From: a virus
Lineage: Duplodnaviria > Caudoviricetes
IMG/VR virus record: IMGVR_UViG_3300000239_000003
Location: 1,862-65,861 of that record
DNA: 64,000 nt
Strand: one strand, 5' to 3'
Both the position numbers and the translations under genes were made by a program. The notes below the pieces were generated by a model. The model was given only the letters and a program-made list of their open reading frames with translations. It was not told where the DNA came from and made no database searches. Each line of letters begins with the position of its first letter. The first letter of the stretch is position 1. Positions 1 to 8,841 of this stretch are shown here, piece after piece.

Positions 1-256
1 CCTGCTCTCTTTCTGTAAGTGCTTGCCGTGCTACGACCCTATTCTTTTTGTAAGGCTCGTAATAATCTTTACGCCAACTACGTCCTTCTAAACAAAAGAT
101 AACGTGGTCAGTTTTAAATTCTCGCCATACTTTAGCAACACTATTCAGCGTCACGTGTATAGCAAGTCCTAGTTTAGTGTCAGAATCAACACTCTTTGCT
201 ACAACATGCCTTGCTCTAAAAAACATGTTAGCAGTATCAATTAATAGATATCTCAT
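1..256 (-). CDS. T4-type RNase H / 5'-3' exonuclease, N-terminal part (runs off the window)
   Basis: Not in ORF track; manual translation MRYLLIDTANMFFRARH...VIFCLEGRSWRKDYYEPYKKNR matches the 5' nuclease motifs (LID.., SWRK..Y..YK.NR). Confidence 0.85.
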   Translation of the reverse strand, partial: MRYLLIDTANMFFRARHVVAKSVDSDTKLGLAIHVTLNSVAKVWREFKTDHVIFCLEGRSWRKDYYEPYKKNRVVARQALTEREQ

Positions 257-282
257 AGTAGCACTCTATGGAATTGAAGTTA

Positions 283-304
283 CGGCCACCCCAGGTGATG
301 GCCG
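283..304 (-). terminator. GC-rich hairpin between small membrane gene and RNase H gene
   Basis: CGGCCA...TGGCCG inverted repeat in intergenic gap; no clear U-tract, so it may be a processing/stability hairpin. Confidence 0.35.
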
Positions 305-322
305 CTGACTTCTGTTGGTGAA

Positions 323-556
323 TTAAGCTTTCTTAGTAAAAAGCCAATATAGGGTTGCAGCTGCTACTAAACCAACTAGACCGCTACTACCTAGTGAACT
401 CACTAGTCCTATAATATTACCTACAACATCACCGGGCAAGAACGCCACTGATGGTCCAAAGATTATTTGGACAATTACTGCTAAGGCGATTAGTGATACA
501 CCAACTTCTGTTAGTTTAGTCACCCACCCTAGTATGTTGTCTACCATGCCAGCCAT
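323..556 (-). CDS. small two-helix membrane protein (paralog of 27991..28218)
   Basis: Start moved to MAGMVD (AGGAGG RBS upstream); hydrophobic; shares DVVGNI.GLVSSLGS.GLVGLVA with 27991..28218. Confidence 0.75.
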   Translation of the reverse strand: MAGMVDNILGWVTKLTEVGVSLIALAVIVQIIFGPSVAFLPGDVVGNIIGLVSSLGSSGLVGLVAAATLYWLFTKKA

Positions 557-652
557 ATTATTACCTCCTGAGGTTTTATTGAATGTGCATAATTGATGCA
601 CTGGCAAATCATAATTACATAATTGTAACTATAATCTATATAGTATAACAGA

Positions 653-1243
653 TTATACTATCTGTGTCAATCTATTCAGCAGAATACGAGCCCATGCTTT
701 GTGAGCGTCTGGACCATAGTATTCTGTGCCTGGATTGAAAAAGAGATTCTGTTTTGTCAATTGAGAAACCATAGTTTCCTGTGGTTCATACGGACCGATA
801 TAAGAATCTCCAAAATCATATCGATTATTTTCCTGAACATTCAGACAATTGACCGTATTAAACATAAGGTGTTTTGTTTTAGTATTATTTAATTGTTCAT
901 GTAATTGTATTACATCTTTTAGTAGGCTTTCATGTCCGCGTAATAAACCATCCCAGTTTTCCCAACCTATTATAGCGATTACGTCTTGTGGGTGTGGTTT
1001 AGTATTAACATACCGCATAGTAGTCGTCATAATAGTTTCATTATTATAATTTGCTTTTGATATATTAAAACTTCCTATTTTCATTACAGGTGTTATATGT
1101 ATTTGCCATGCGTTTGTTTTATTATCTGGATGTGGAACATCACCAAGATGCATCCACGATTGATCGTCATGTGCATATGAGTAATCATTAACACACTTTA
1201 CGGCCGCTGTGTGCGCGCCACCAACACAAATAATACTACTCAT
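653..1243 (-). CDS. hypothetical protein, possibly SGNH-hydrolase-like
   Basis: 196 aa ORF coupled to neighbours; C-terminal YGPDAHKAWARIL resembles the SGNH block V region but is degenerate. Confidence 0.5.
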   Translation of the reverse strand: MSSIICVGGAHTAAVKCVNDYSYAHDDQSWMHLGDVPHPDNKTNAWQIHITPVMKIGSFNISKANYNNETIMTTTMRYVNTKPHPQDVIAIIGWENWDGLLRGHESLLKDVIQLHEQLNNTKTKHLMFNTVNCLNVQENNRYDFGDSYIGPYEPQETMVSQLTKQNLFFNPGTEYYGPDAHKAWARILLNRLTQIV

Positions 1244-1451
1244 TTTTCCCGATCCACTTCCAAGCGTCTATCCATTTTTTACCAATGTAAATCAATGCTA
1301 TTAATATTAATAATATAACTGCATCACCATACCAAGGTAAGTCAGTATTAAGACTTACTCCACCTACATTTAATCCAGTGTCAGGTGCTGTTTGTTCTAC
1401 GGAAACAGTATTATCGTCAGTATTAATTGTAATAGTCTTGCCTTCACTCAT
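1236..1451 (-). CDS. small membrane protein
   Basis: 71 aa, single C-terminal hydrophobic helix, overlaps neighbours. Confidence 0.6.
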   Translation of the reverse strand: MSEGKTITINTDDNTVSVEQTAPDTGLNVGGVSLNTDLPWYGDAVILLILIALIYIGKKWIDAWKWIGKNE

Positions 1452-1825
1452 TCGTATTCTCTCCTACCGCCTTCTATTTCTTTTCCTTGTACAATGCTTT
1501 CTGCAAATACTTCATCATCATATGTTTCTAATGCAATTTGTTTGCACAAGTCTTGGAACCATTGGTCTACTACATCTTCATCTGTATCGCCAACTAATCC
1601 ATGCTTGCGTAACATGGCCGGAAAATGTTCATTCCAGTCTAATTCAAAAGAACCATTGCGTGGATTATCTTCATCTACTTCCACGTCAACAACAGTAAAC
1701 CAAGGCTCTTCATCTTTAGTTGCTTGTTCTTTTGGTGTTAGTTTTGTTTTTTTAGGAGCAGATTCTGTTTTTGGTGCTGGCTTAGGCTTTCTAATTGCCT
1801 TCCCTAATTTATCAAATATTCCCAT
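1448..1825 (-). CDS. conserved phage hypothetical protein
   Basis: 125 aa, EPWF...GSFELDWNEHF...VDQWF pattern; start/stop overlaps on both sides. Confidence 0.7.
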   Translation of the reverse strand: MGIFDKLGKAIRKPKPAPKTESAPKKTKLTPKEQATKDEEPWFTVVDVEVDEDNPRNGSFELDWNEHFPAMLRKHGLVGDTDEDVVDQWFQDLCKQIALETYDDEVFAESIVQGKEIEGGRREYE

Positions 1826-2094
1826 TATTGTATTACCTTGCCTTCTTTTTCCTTAATCGCTAATGCCATAGCAACTCCCTCGGGTGTTAATGTAACGTAA
1901 TCTTCATACATTTCTTTCCAAATAGCAGAGGGTTTTATTCCAAGACGTTCTAATAATGATCCAATTGATATTTCAGTTAAGCCTTCTTTTTTACATTCTA
2001 ATAAAACTTGTAACATGAGTTCTTCTACCTTTGGATCTCCTTGCTCCATCGGTAAGTTACTTAAATATTCTGGTAAGTCCATTACGTTCCCCAT
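1825..2094 (-). CDS. hypothetical protein
   Basis: 89 aa ORF coupled to queE and downstream gene. Confidence 0.55.
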   Translation of the reverse strand: MGNVMDLPEYLSNLPMEQGDPKVEELMLQVLLECKKEGLTEISIGSLLERLGIKPSAIWKEMYEDYVTLTPEGVAMALAIKEKEGKVIQ

Positions 2095-2906
2095 GCGTTT
2101 CCGAATAAGTCGGAATGTAGTCTTGGACTGTATTTTAGTCCATATTTCATTGCTAGATCTGCAACGTGGCGTGAATTAAAAGAGTAATCTTCATAGCATC
2201 CGCCTACTGGCATTACATACACTGGACATTCTACTCCAGCACTTCTGTATGCCTCAACAGCCTCCAACACTTCATAAATACCCTCTTCATTATCTATCAC
2301 GAATTTAAAATACATATCTGATTTCTGAACAGCAGAGTATTCTTTCGCTATCTCTGGATTAATAGCATCCGACCACTTTTCGCCACTTGTTGATAGTTTA
2401 GGACTACAGGACCAAGTGATCCATGGCCTGTTTGTGCTTGCGAAAAAGTCATTCCATCGTAATGGCTGTGTGGTATTTGTCTCAAATGTCATATGCTTTA
2501 AACTAGACATCATTGGGTCCTTGAATAATGTCGGATATATACGTTGCCATAGCATAGGCTCACCACCTGTTACAACTAAATGTATTTCTTCCCACTGGTT
2601 GCGTGGTGTTATGCTTAATAAATCTATTACTACATCGTCTATCGTAGTTGTTGTAGCAAACCGTTTAAAACGTGGATCCCAACTAGCATAACTATCACAA
2701 CCTGTTTTAACTAATGGTAATCCATCCATTGATGTATAATCATCTGGATTAATCCAATTACGTTCTTCGCTTAATTGTCCTGCTGGCATTCCAAAGCCTT
2801 GGCATTTGAAGTTACAACCAAATAAACGTAGGAAAACACTCGGAGTCCCTACCCATCTACCTTCGCCTTGCAGGCTGTAGAATATTTCAGTATATCTAAC
2901 TTTCAT
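2082..2906 (-). CDS. queE: 7-carboxy-7-deazaguanine synthase (radical SAM)
   Basis: EIFYSLQGEG...FLRLFGCNFKC...GCDS (CxxxC-insert-CD), VTGGEP, SPKL, SPRLH motifs. Confidence 0.92.
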   Translation of the reverse strand: MKVRYTEIFYSLQGEGRWVGTPSVFLRLFGCNFKCQGFGMPAGQLSEERNWINPDDYTSMDGLPLVKTGCDSYASWDPRFKRFATTTTIDDVVIDLLSITPRNQWEEIHLVVTGGEPMLWQRIYPTLFKDPMMSSLKHMTFETNTTQPLRWNDFFASTNRPWITWSCSPKLSTSGEKWSDAINPEIAKEYSAVQKSDMYFKFVIDNEEGIYEVLEAVEAYRSAGVECPVYVMPVGGCYEDYSFNSRHVADLAMKYGLKYSPRLHSDLFGNAWGT

Positions 2907-3171
2907 TTTTCTTTCCTTTAGATTTATTCCATTCTTCTAACCATTCTTCATGCGTGACCATGTAGTGTGGACCGATAATAAATCTCTTTGCTAAAAGCCG
3001 TTCTTTTTCGCGTTCTTTCTCTCTTTCAGGATACTCATTTACTATTATAACAATATTTTTGAGATTGTCAATGGTATTTGCCTCATAAGGAGACCTATAA
3101 TAATGCCGCTCATTAAGATTATCTAAACATCTTTGAGCAAGCTCTTTAATATCTTCCAAGTCATCGCGCAT
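2896..3171 (-). CDS. hypothetical protein
   Basis: 91 aa ORF in operon orientation. Confidence 0.5.
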   Translation of the reverse strand: MRDDLEDIKELAQRCLDNLNERHYYRSPYEANTIDNLKNIVIIVNEYPEREKEREKERLLAKRFIIGPHYMVTHEEWLEEWNKSKGKKNES

Positions 3172-3177
3172 AACTTT

Positions 3178-4014
3178 CTATGTACCTTTTAAGCGTTGTA
3201 GAGATCTACGGTGCACCATCCATGGCAGATCGATTTCATACAATCTCTCCCAATCTGGAAAACCAATTGGTAATACTTGTAGCCATAATACTCTGAGTTC
3301 TTCCAGCAAGTCCCAACGCATCTTGTTAGACTCTAGGTCTAAATAACTTAACATAATAGTTATAGAATCTTTAAACTTATATTCATCTAGAATGCTTGAC
3401 ATATCGAATACGTGATAATGTTTTGATTTTCGCGCAAGATTCGAGTTTTCGGTATACTCGCAGGGTTTCTGTCTTATATCCAAAATCCATTTATAATTTT
3501 TGAGGAAAATAGTTTTATGGTTTTCATATTTAAAATATGGATCATGACTCATGATAGAGTGTACTAAGGCAAAATAATAGATATCCTGCTTTGTTAACAT
3601 AGACCACACATTCAATTCTGATCTAATTGAGGAATTGGGATCATCAGGTTTTTCGCAATGACCGAATACTTCTCCCCTTACGTGTTTTAAGTCAAAGTCA
3701 GGATCAAGTCGTAAATCTTTAGCATCAAATCCACCAGTAATATTTTGATCTATAAATTCCATATGTTGTTTTTTTTTCATACTTAATAAAAACAATGCTT
3801 TAATACAATTATAACTTTTCTCAGGCGTCAATTTTCCGTTCATTTTTGCATTCGCCAAAACTTTGCACGGTAATATTACTTTAGGATGCATGCCTAGGCA
3901 GTTAACAATAAATCTAGCACCTGTCCATGGATGAAAAGGTATTACAATAAGTTTGTCCGTTTTTCTGTTAATTAAATCTTCATCAGCTAATCTCATTTTT
4001 TCATTACCTTGCAT
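3178..4014 (-). CDS. hypothetical protein, possible P-loop/sulfotransferase-like fold
   Basis: 278 aa; N-terminal FHPWTGARFIVNCLGMHP resembles the N-terminus of phage sulfotransferase-like proteins. Confidence 0.5.
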   Translation of the reverse strand: MQGNEKMRLADEDLINRKTDKLIVIPFHPWTGARFIVNCLGMHPKVILPCKVLANAKMNGKLTPEKSYNCIKALFLLSMKKKQHMEFIDQNITGGFDAKDLRLDPDFDLKHVRGEVFGHCEKPDDPNSSIRSELNVWSMLTKQDIYYFALVHSIMSHDPYFKYENHKTIFLKNYKWILDIRQKPCEYTENSNLARKSKHYHVFDMSSILDEYKFKDSITIMLSYLDLESNKMRWDLLEELRVLWLQVLPIGFPDWERLYEIDLPWMVHRRSLQRLKGT

Positions 4015-5176
4015 AACTTTCTATGCCGCCTTCTCTGTGTATGTCTAGTGTTAAACAATGTAATCCACCATCCCAAAAGAATCTATGTCTAAACGGTGCT
4101 ACTATGGGTTCTATATTGTGTGATCTAAACCACTTAAACAAATCTTTGTTCTCTGTAATACATAATACAGTTTCTGGGTTGATCACTAACACATTAACGT
4201 CCCATACAGTTTCCTCGCAAAAGCCTACCCATTCTGAAAACCACGCATCCACAAAATCAATTAATTCATCATTGTGCTCTTCACCTGGCACCCACCATTT
4301 TCCATTTACTTTTTCTCTAATCTCCAAAAATGGAGACATATCCGGCCATTGAGCATCAGGCAAGTAAAATACATCCCAATTTGGAAAGTATTTTTTAAAA
4401 TTTAAAGCTTCTCCATTGCTAATCCAAGCACCAGGTTTAATTGGATTATAAATTCCATCACTATGCCCATCATTGAAAGCAGTTATGATTTTATAATCTT
4501 TAAATCGTTCTTTAAAATATCTGTATGTTGGACTAGGTAATCCATCTAAAATAATAGTGTCTCCTAATCTAATAATGTTTGGTCCGTTACTGATACAATT
4601 TTCAATATTAATTGGAAACTCTTTAATTACTTCTCCGTCATATCCTTCAATTTCTTCAAATAAGTTTTCATAAAATATAGCCGAAGAACAGCCAGCTCCA
4701 TATGATTTAGAATATAACTCCCGATCAATTGACCTAAGTTTATACATTGTATCATCTACAACAATTTGATCATCACGGGGAAATAATGGTGGCCGAGTCA
4801 ATGTTCCGGGGTCAGCATATATATCATAAGAATTGAGCCAATTCTGAACCCCTTGCTTATCTATTAATCGTGGGAAATATCTTAAAACTTCATCAATATT
4901 TACATTTAACTCATCATCAACACACGCACCGCCGACTTTATATATGTTGTAAATATGATCAAAATCGAATATTCTTGGACGTTTAACTGTGACATTATAA
5001 CTCTCTAGTATTTCACGTATGTTATCTAAATCTTCTATAGTTTCTTCTGTTATTTGTCTAAGAATATTTTTTACTTTTTTGTTATCAACATAATCAAAAA
5101 AGTCAGGACGATAACAGTCACCAAGCCAACATTCAACTAATGGCTGAAATCCTGTATTGCAATTTATTATAGCCAA
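4004..5176 (-). CDS. amidinotransferase (pentein superfamily; glycine/inosamine-phosphate amidinotransferase-like)
   Basis: PLVECWLG, PRDD, GHSDG, DVNVLVI and catalytic C-terminal FWDGGLHCLTLD motifs. Confidence 0.85.
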   Translation of the reverse strand: MAIINCNTGFQPLVECWLGDCYRPDFFDYVDNKKVKNILRQITEETIEDLDNIREILESYNVTVKRPRIFDFDHIYNIYKVGGACVDDELNVNIDEVLRYFPRLIDKQGVQNWLNSYDIYADPGTLTRPPLFPRDDQIVVDDTMYKLRSIDRELYSKSYGAGCSSAIFYENLFEEIEGYDGEVIKEFPINIENCISNGPNIIRLGDTIILDGLPSPTYRYFKERFKDYKIITAFNDGHSDGIYNPIKPGAWISNGEALNFKKYFPNWDVFYLPDAQWPDMSPFLEIREKVNGKWWVPGEEHNDELIDFVDAWFSEWVGFCEETVWDVNVLVINPETVLCITENKDLFKWFRSHNIEPIVAPFRHRFFWDGGLHCLTLDIHREGGIESYAR

Positions 5177-5643
5177 CCTTTAAAGCCAGCGTCAGGGTTA
5201 GTATAAATGGAACTGTTCTTGTCATTTTCTCTTGCTTCTACACTAATAACCCATGCTCGTCCTCTTGTTCGTTCCCGCAACCATTCATCTGCCCACATAC
5301 AAATACGGAATGCTGTGCCTTCCATACCCGGACCTTCTTCTTGCACAATTAACTTACATACTCCTGCATCGTGCATTGCTTGGAATGTTTCCATCCACGG
5401 ATCATCATGATCAACTACAAATGTATGATCATAATTTTCATCTAACCATTGTTTTACTCCATCCAAGTCACCATAGTCGACAAGAAACCCTTCCTTTGTC
5501 ATTGTCTGTGCACCAAATACAAAATGAAAACTACGACTATAGCCGTGTATCAAATGACAATTTCCGTCGTGCTTATGTTGTCTATGAGCACATGGAAAAT
5601 TATAAAAACTCTTTGTTGATGTAAACTCTGGAACGTCACTCAT
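5167..5643 (-). CDS. queD: 6-carboxy-5,6,7,8-tetrahydropterin synthase
   Basis: CAHRQ...CHLIHGYS, VDYG, YDHT, GME, ARE motifs of the T-fold QueD family. Confidence 0.9.
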   Translation of the reverse strand: MSDVPEFTSTKSFYNFPCAHRQHKHDGNCHLIHGYSRSFHFVFGAQTMTKEGFLVDYGDLDGVKQWLDENYDHTFVVDHDDPWMETFQAMHDAGVCKLIVQEEGPGMEGTAFRICMWADEWLRERTRGRAWVISVEARENDKNSSIYTNPDAGFKGWL

Positions 5644-5653
5644 TACATATCTC

Positions 5654-6211
5654 CTATAATATATGTGCGTGTTCTAACGCTTCATATGCAAACCAAATAC
5701 CAAATAATAAAAATGTATATCTTGTAATATTAAATAAATTATGTTGTATTATTTTTCTTTTCATTATTATTGGTGTTGCTATTACTACGACCACTATTGC
5801 TATTATAGCACCAATTAACTTAGATGTAAAGTCTCCTGTATCCATAAACAAGAATGTATTAATCTCCATACTCTCACGGAAATAGATAATAAATATCGCA
5901 CTTGCACCTGCAAATACTCCAATACCTTTCCGTGCTTCTTTAACATGTTTACTAATATGTTCCTGTATGTTTTTCGAATTAAAAAACAGATACAACATTA
6001 ATAATGCGAGCACACCGTACGTTGCCCACTCATACGGTTCAAGTATCTCACCTAGAATATAACCTCCACTAACGCCTGTAATAAGTCCTGCTATAGCAGA
6101 TAATATTATTGGCATTGTAATAGTTAGTGAACCTATTATTAAATAGGTTAAGAATACTATTTCTAATACTTCTCTACCTACATATACAAAACCACTAATT
6201 ATATTTTCCAT
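5654..6211 (-). CDS. compact FTR1-like iron permease
   Basis: About six TM helices with two RExxE motifs (REVLE, RESME) in an internal repeat. Confidence 0.65.
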   Translation of the reverse strand: MENIISGFVYVGREVLEIVFLTYLIIGSLTITMPIILSAIAGLITGVSGGYILGEILEPYEWATYGVLALLMLYLFFNSKNIQEHISKHVKEARKGIGVFAGASAIFIIYFRESMEINTFLFMDTGDFTSKLIGAIIAIVVVVIATPIIMKRKIIQHNLFNITRYTFLLFGIWFAYEALEHAHIL

Positions 6212-6405
6212 TACATTTTCCTATCATGATTATGAAAAACTGGGTGTATTACTATAAGAAAATAAAGCATTGATCCAAAGGGCATAAAACATATCATACC
6301 AATTGCCCATAGCATTTTACGTCCAAACGTCATTTCTCTGTGGTATAATTCCCATAGTGTATATACTGCCAATGCTAAACCAAATGCCACTCCAAATTCC
6401 ATCAT
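6211..6405 (-). CDS. small two-helix membrane protein (PLDc_N-like)
   Basis: KMLWAIGMICFMPFGSMLYF pattern; probable start MMEFG at 6405 overlapping the upstream stop (ATGA). Confidence 0.55.
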   Translation of the reverse strand: MMEFGVAFGLALAVYTLWELYHREMTFGRKMLWAIGMICFMPFGSMLYFLIVIHPVFHNHDRKM

Positions 6406-6482
6406 AATTGACATCCTGCCAAATCAAAACATAATATTACTACTACTATTATGCCTAATATGTATTGTGTTCTTTGTTTCAT
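6402..6482 (-). CDS. 26-aa micro-ORF with lipoprotein signal (LAGC)
   Basis: MKQRTQYILGIIVVVILCFDLAGCQL*; TAATG overlap with upstream gene and ATGA overlap with downstream gene. Confidence 0.45.
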   Translation of the reverse strand: MKQRTQYILGIIVVVILCFDLAGCQL

Positions 6483-7036
6483 TACCAATTCCTATAATAC
6501 CACCAACATTCCCATGGGAATACAACCCACGATGGGTCTTCTATTTTGTTAATTGAACGAGCAGAATATTTTACATCCTTAAACTCACTACCTTCATTGT
6601 CAATTAATACGGCAAATCTAATATTCCGCCGCCACAATGCTTTGTTTTCTGCTGGCATATGTACATATGCCAGCGCTGGCATATGTACTGCCTCGCCATA
6701 TAAATGTGGCTCTATAGTGTTCTCCCAATCATTTACCATCCATTGGAAAGTTGCGCCAGTGTCATTTATATCATCTATGATAAGAATTTGTTTGCCTTCC
6801 AGTGCATCTAATGGTATTTCAGGATTAGATTGTTGTTGTACATTATCGCGCAACCTAACATCTTGTATAACCATAGGACGATTAAGATAATGACTTAGCA
6901 TTACCGCAGGTAATAAACCACCTCGCGGTATGCCCACTATATAATCAGGTGTCCAGTTGTCTGTATTCATTTGATAACAAATATCTAATACATATGACTT
7001 AACATCTTGCGTATCAGTATCTATAATTTTAGTCAT
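6482..7036 (-). CDS. type I phosphoribosyltransferase (xanthine/guanine PRT-like)
   Basis: IVGIPRGGLLPA, PRPP-binding ILIIDDINDTGAT, WVVFPWE. Confidence 0.88.
   Translation of the reverse strand: MTKIIDTDTQDVKSYVLDICYQMNTDNWTPDYIVGIPRGGLLPAVMLSHYLNRPMVIQDVRLRDNVQQQSNPEIPLDALEGKQILIIDDINDTGATFQWMVNDWENTIEPHLYGEAVHMPALAYVHMPAENKALWRRNIRFAVLIDNEGSEFKDVKYSARSINKIEDPSWVVFPWECWWYYRNW
6651..6688. repeat. inverted triplication (A-A'-A) inside PRTase gene
   Basis: Perfect palindromes 6651-6674 (24 bp) and 6661-6688 (28 bp); GCTGGCATATGTAC repeated at 24-bp period; protein VHMPALAYVHMPA. Confidence 0.9.
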
Positions 7037-7713
7037 ACTCTGTGTACCAATTGCATAAACTCTGCTCTGTGTGCTGTATCTGTTTTATACCGCCCACCTA
7101 GTTTGCTTGTAATAGTAAATGAACCTGTGTCCTCTACTCCTCTATGCTTAACACAGAAGTGAGCGGCATCAATTATCACAGCAACTTCTGGTGTATCTAA
7201 GATATAACTGAGTGCGTGATAAATTTGTTCTGTTAAACGTTCTTGTATTTGTGGTCGTTTAGAAAAGTATTCTACAATCCTGTTTAACTTGCTTAAACCT
7301 AATACTTTTTGATTTGGAATATAACCTACGTGTGCTTTACCGTCTATAGCAACTAGATGATGCTCGCAAAAAGAAGACACTTGTATGTTCCTTTCTACAA
7401 CCATCTCATCGTAGTCTATTTTGTTTGCTACTGCTGTGCATTTAGGGAATGTATCTGGATGTAATCCCCAAAATATTTCGTTGACATACATTTTAGCAAC
7501 ACGTTTAGGCGTGTCAAGTAAACTGTCGTCTGATAAATCCATCCCCACAATCTCAAGAACCTCTCGCATTCTGCTTTCAATTGCTTCAATCTTATCTGTT
7601 CTTGACAGAGTATACAGATTTGAGGTGACAGGCGTTTCAAGGCCTAATGCTGATAAATGTGCGTGGACTTGCTGACCCAACTCAGGGTCAGTCTTTGTTT
7701 TGTTATAACTCAT
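7033..7713 (-). CDS. folE: GTP cyclohydrolase I
   Basis: TPKRVAKMY, CEHH, GLSKLNRIV, RPQIQERLT, HFCVKHRGV. Confidence 0.95.
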   Translation of the reverse strand: MSYNKTKTDPELGQQVHAHLSALGLETPVTSNLYTLSRTDKIEAIESRMREVLEIVGMDLSDDSLLDTPKRVAKMYVNEIFWGLHPDTFPKCTAVANKIDYDEMVVERNIQVSSFCEHHLVAIDGKAHVGYIPNQKVLGLSKLNRIVEYFSKRPQIQERLTEQIYHALSYILDTPEVAVIIDAAHFCVKHRGVEDTGSFTITSKLGGRYKTDTAHRAEFMQLVHRV

Positions 7714-7773
7714 TTTCCTTCCTTACTCGGTTGTTGTTTTACATCAGTTACCTTTGTGTAACTCTACTAATAT

Positions 7774-8841
7774 TTATATGTCTAGAATGTTGTCAAACAT
7801 AATATCGGCACTTAAGAAATTATGTGTTAATACCTCTACTTGTTCATCCAAGTATTCTTTTTTCACAATGTCATAGTTATCACATAATTCCACAACAAAA
7901 TTTTCTAAATCTTTTTTATGCTCTAGATAGTTACCATAACTTTCAGTCCATATACTTGGATACTTAAATACATCCTTGTACATTTCACTATAACTTGCTC
8001 TGTCCGGAACGATAGGAATAGCACCTGCTAAACATCCTTCCATCATACTAATACCCAAATTCTCATGTAGGCTACAACTAAACACCGCCTTTGCTCGCCC
8101 CATTTCTTCGTAGTATTTTTCTTTACTTAAATCTAACTGCTGAGTAATTAAAACACTATACGGACGTAAATTAAGATCTTCTACAATTTCAGGCTGTTTA
8201 TCCTCGTTATAACGATGCGGCCACATAATAGTATCTTGTTTCGGGTTATCATAATACTGTTGTAATTGTTTTACAATAGGATTATGTGGTTGCCCACTAC
8301 GTATCGCCTTGTTGTGATATATGTCAGGTATTTCCAAGTTGTGTAAAAATATGTTTTTGTGGAAATTACTTGCATAATAATTATAGTCACATGCCATATA
8401 CCACGCTTTTTCTTGTAAGTGTGGCCATGGTTTGGACATCTTTAAACCCAATATGTCAGTTGGATCGTATGCGCCTGCATGCCAAATACCGTGTATCTCT
8501 ACAGGTATGTCAAGCAGTTCGCTCATATATTTGATGGGCGTTACTATGAAGTTCCAAGCATCAGTAATAAGGAATTTGTCGTCGGGGAGGATGAGACCCT
8601 TACTAAACAATTCACTTACTTGCGCGGTTTGGCTAGCCTTGTACTCATTTGTTTTTCCGAAGTCAAGGAACGCACCGCTGGTGGTTTTATCTTCAACAGT
8701 AACCCCATCAATAGTTTCTACACAATATTCTAAATTGTGTTCGGCTATCTTCTCATTGAGAAGTGATGGAATATTATCGTACCATTGTTTTGTATAGCGT
8801 TGATCTATAGGTTCAATGGGTATAATATAAATTGTATTCAT
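7774..8841 (-). CDS. glycosyltransferase (GT-B, family 1/4-like)
   Basis: HAGAYDP, WPHR...DKQPE, HENLGISMMEG...IVPDRASYSEMY (ExxGxxxxE motif). Confidence 0.85.
   Translation of the reverse strand: MNTIYIIPIEPIDQRYTKQWYDNIPSLLNEKIAEHNLEYCVETIDGVTVEDKTTSGAFLDFGKTNEYKASQTAQVSELFSKGLILPDDKFLITDAWNFIVTPIKYMSELLDIPVEIHGIWHAGAYDPTDILGLKMSKPWPHLQEKAWYMACDYNYYASNFHKNIFLHNLEIPDIYHNKAIRSGQPHNPIVKQLQQYYDNPKQDTIMWPHRYNEDKQPEIVEDLNLRPYSVLITQQLDLSKEKYYEEMGRAKAVFSCSLHENLGISMMEGCLAGAIPIVPDRASYSEMYKDVFKYPSIWTESYGNYLEHKKDLENFVVELCDNYDIVKKEYLDEQVEVLTHNFLSADIMFDNILDI

Noticed and set aside
585-601. GTGCAT-N5-ATGCAC inverted repeat upstream of the small membrane gene, reminiscent of an NtrC site
   Set aside because: Spacing is 2 bp shorter than the NtrC consensus and no sigma54 -24/-12 element is seen; a 6-bp arm can arise by chance
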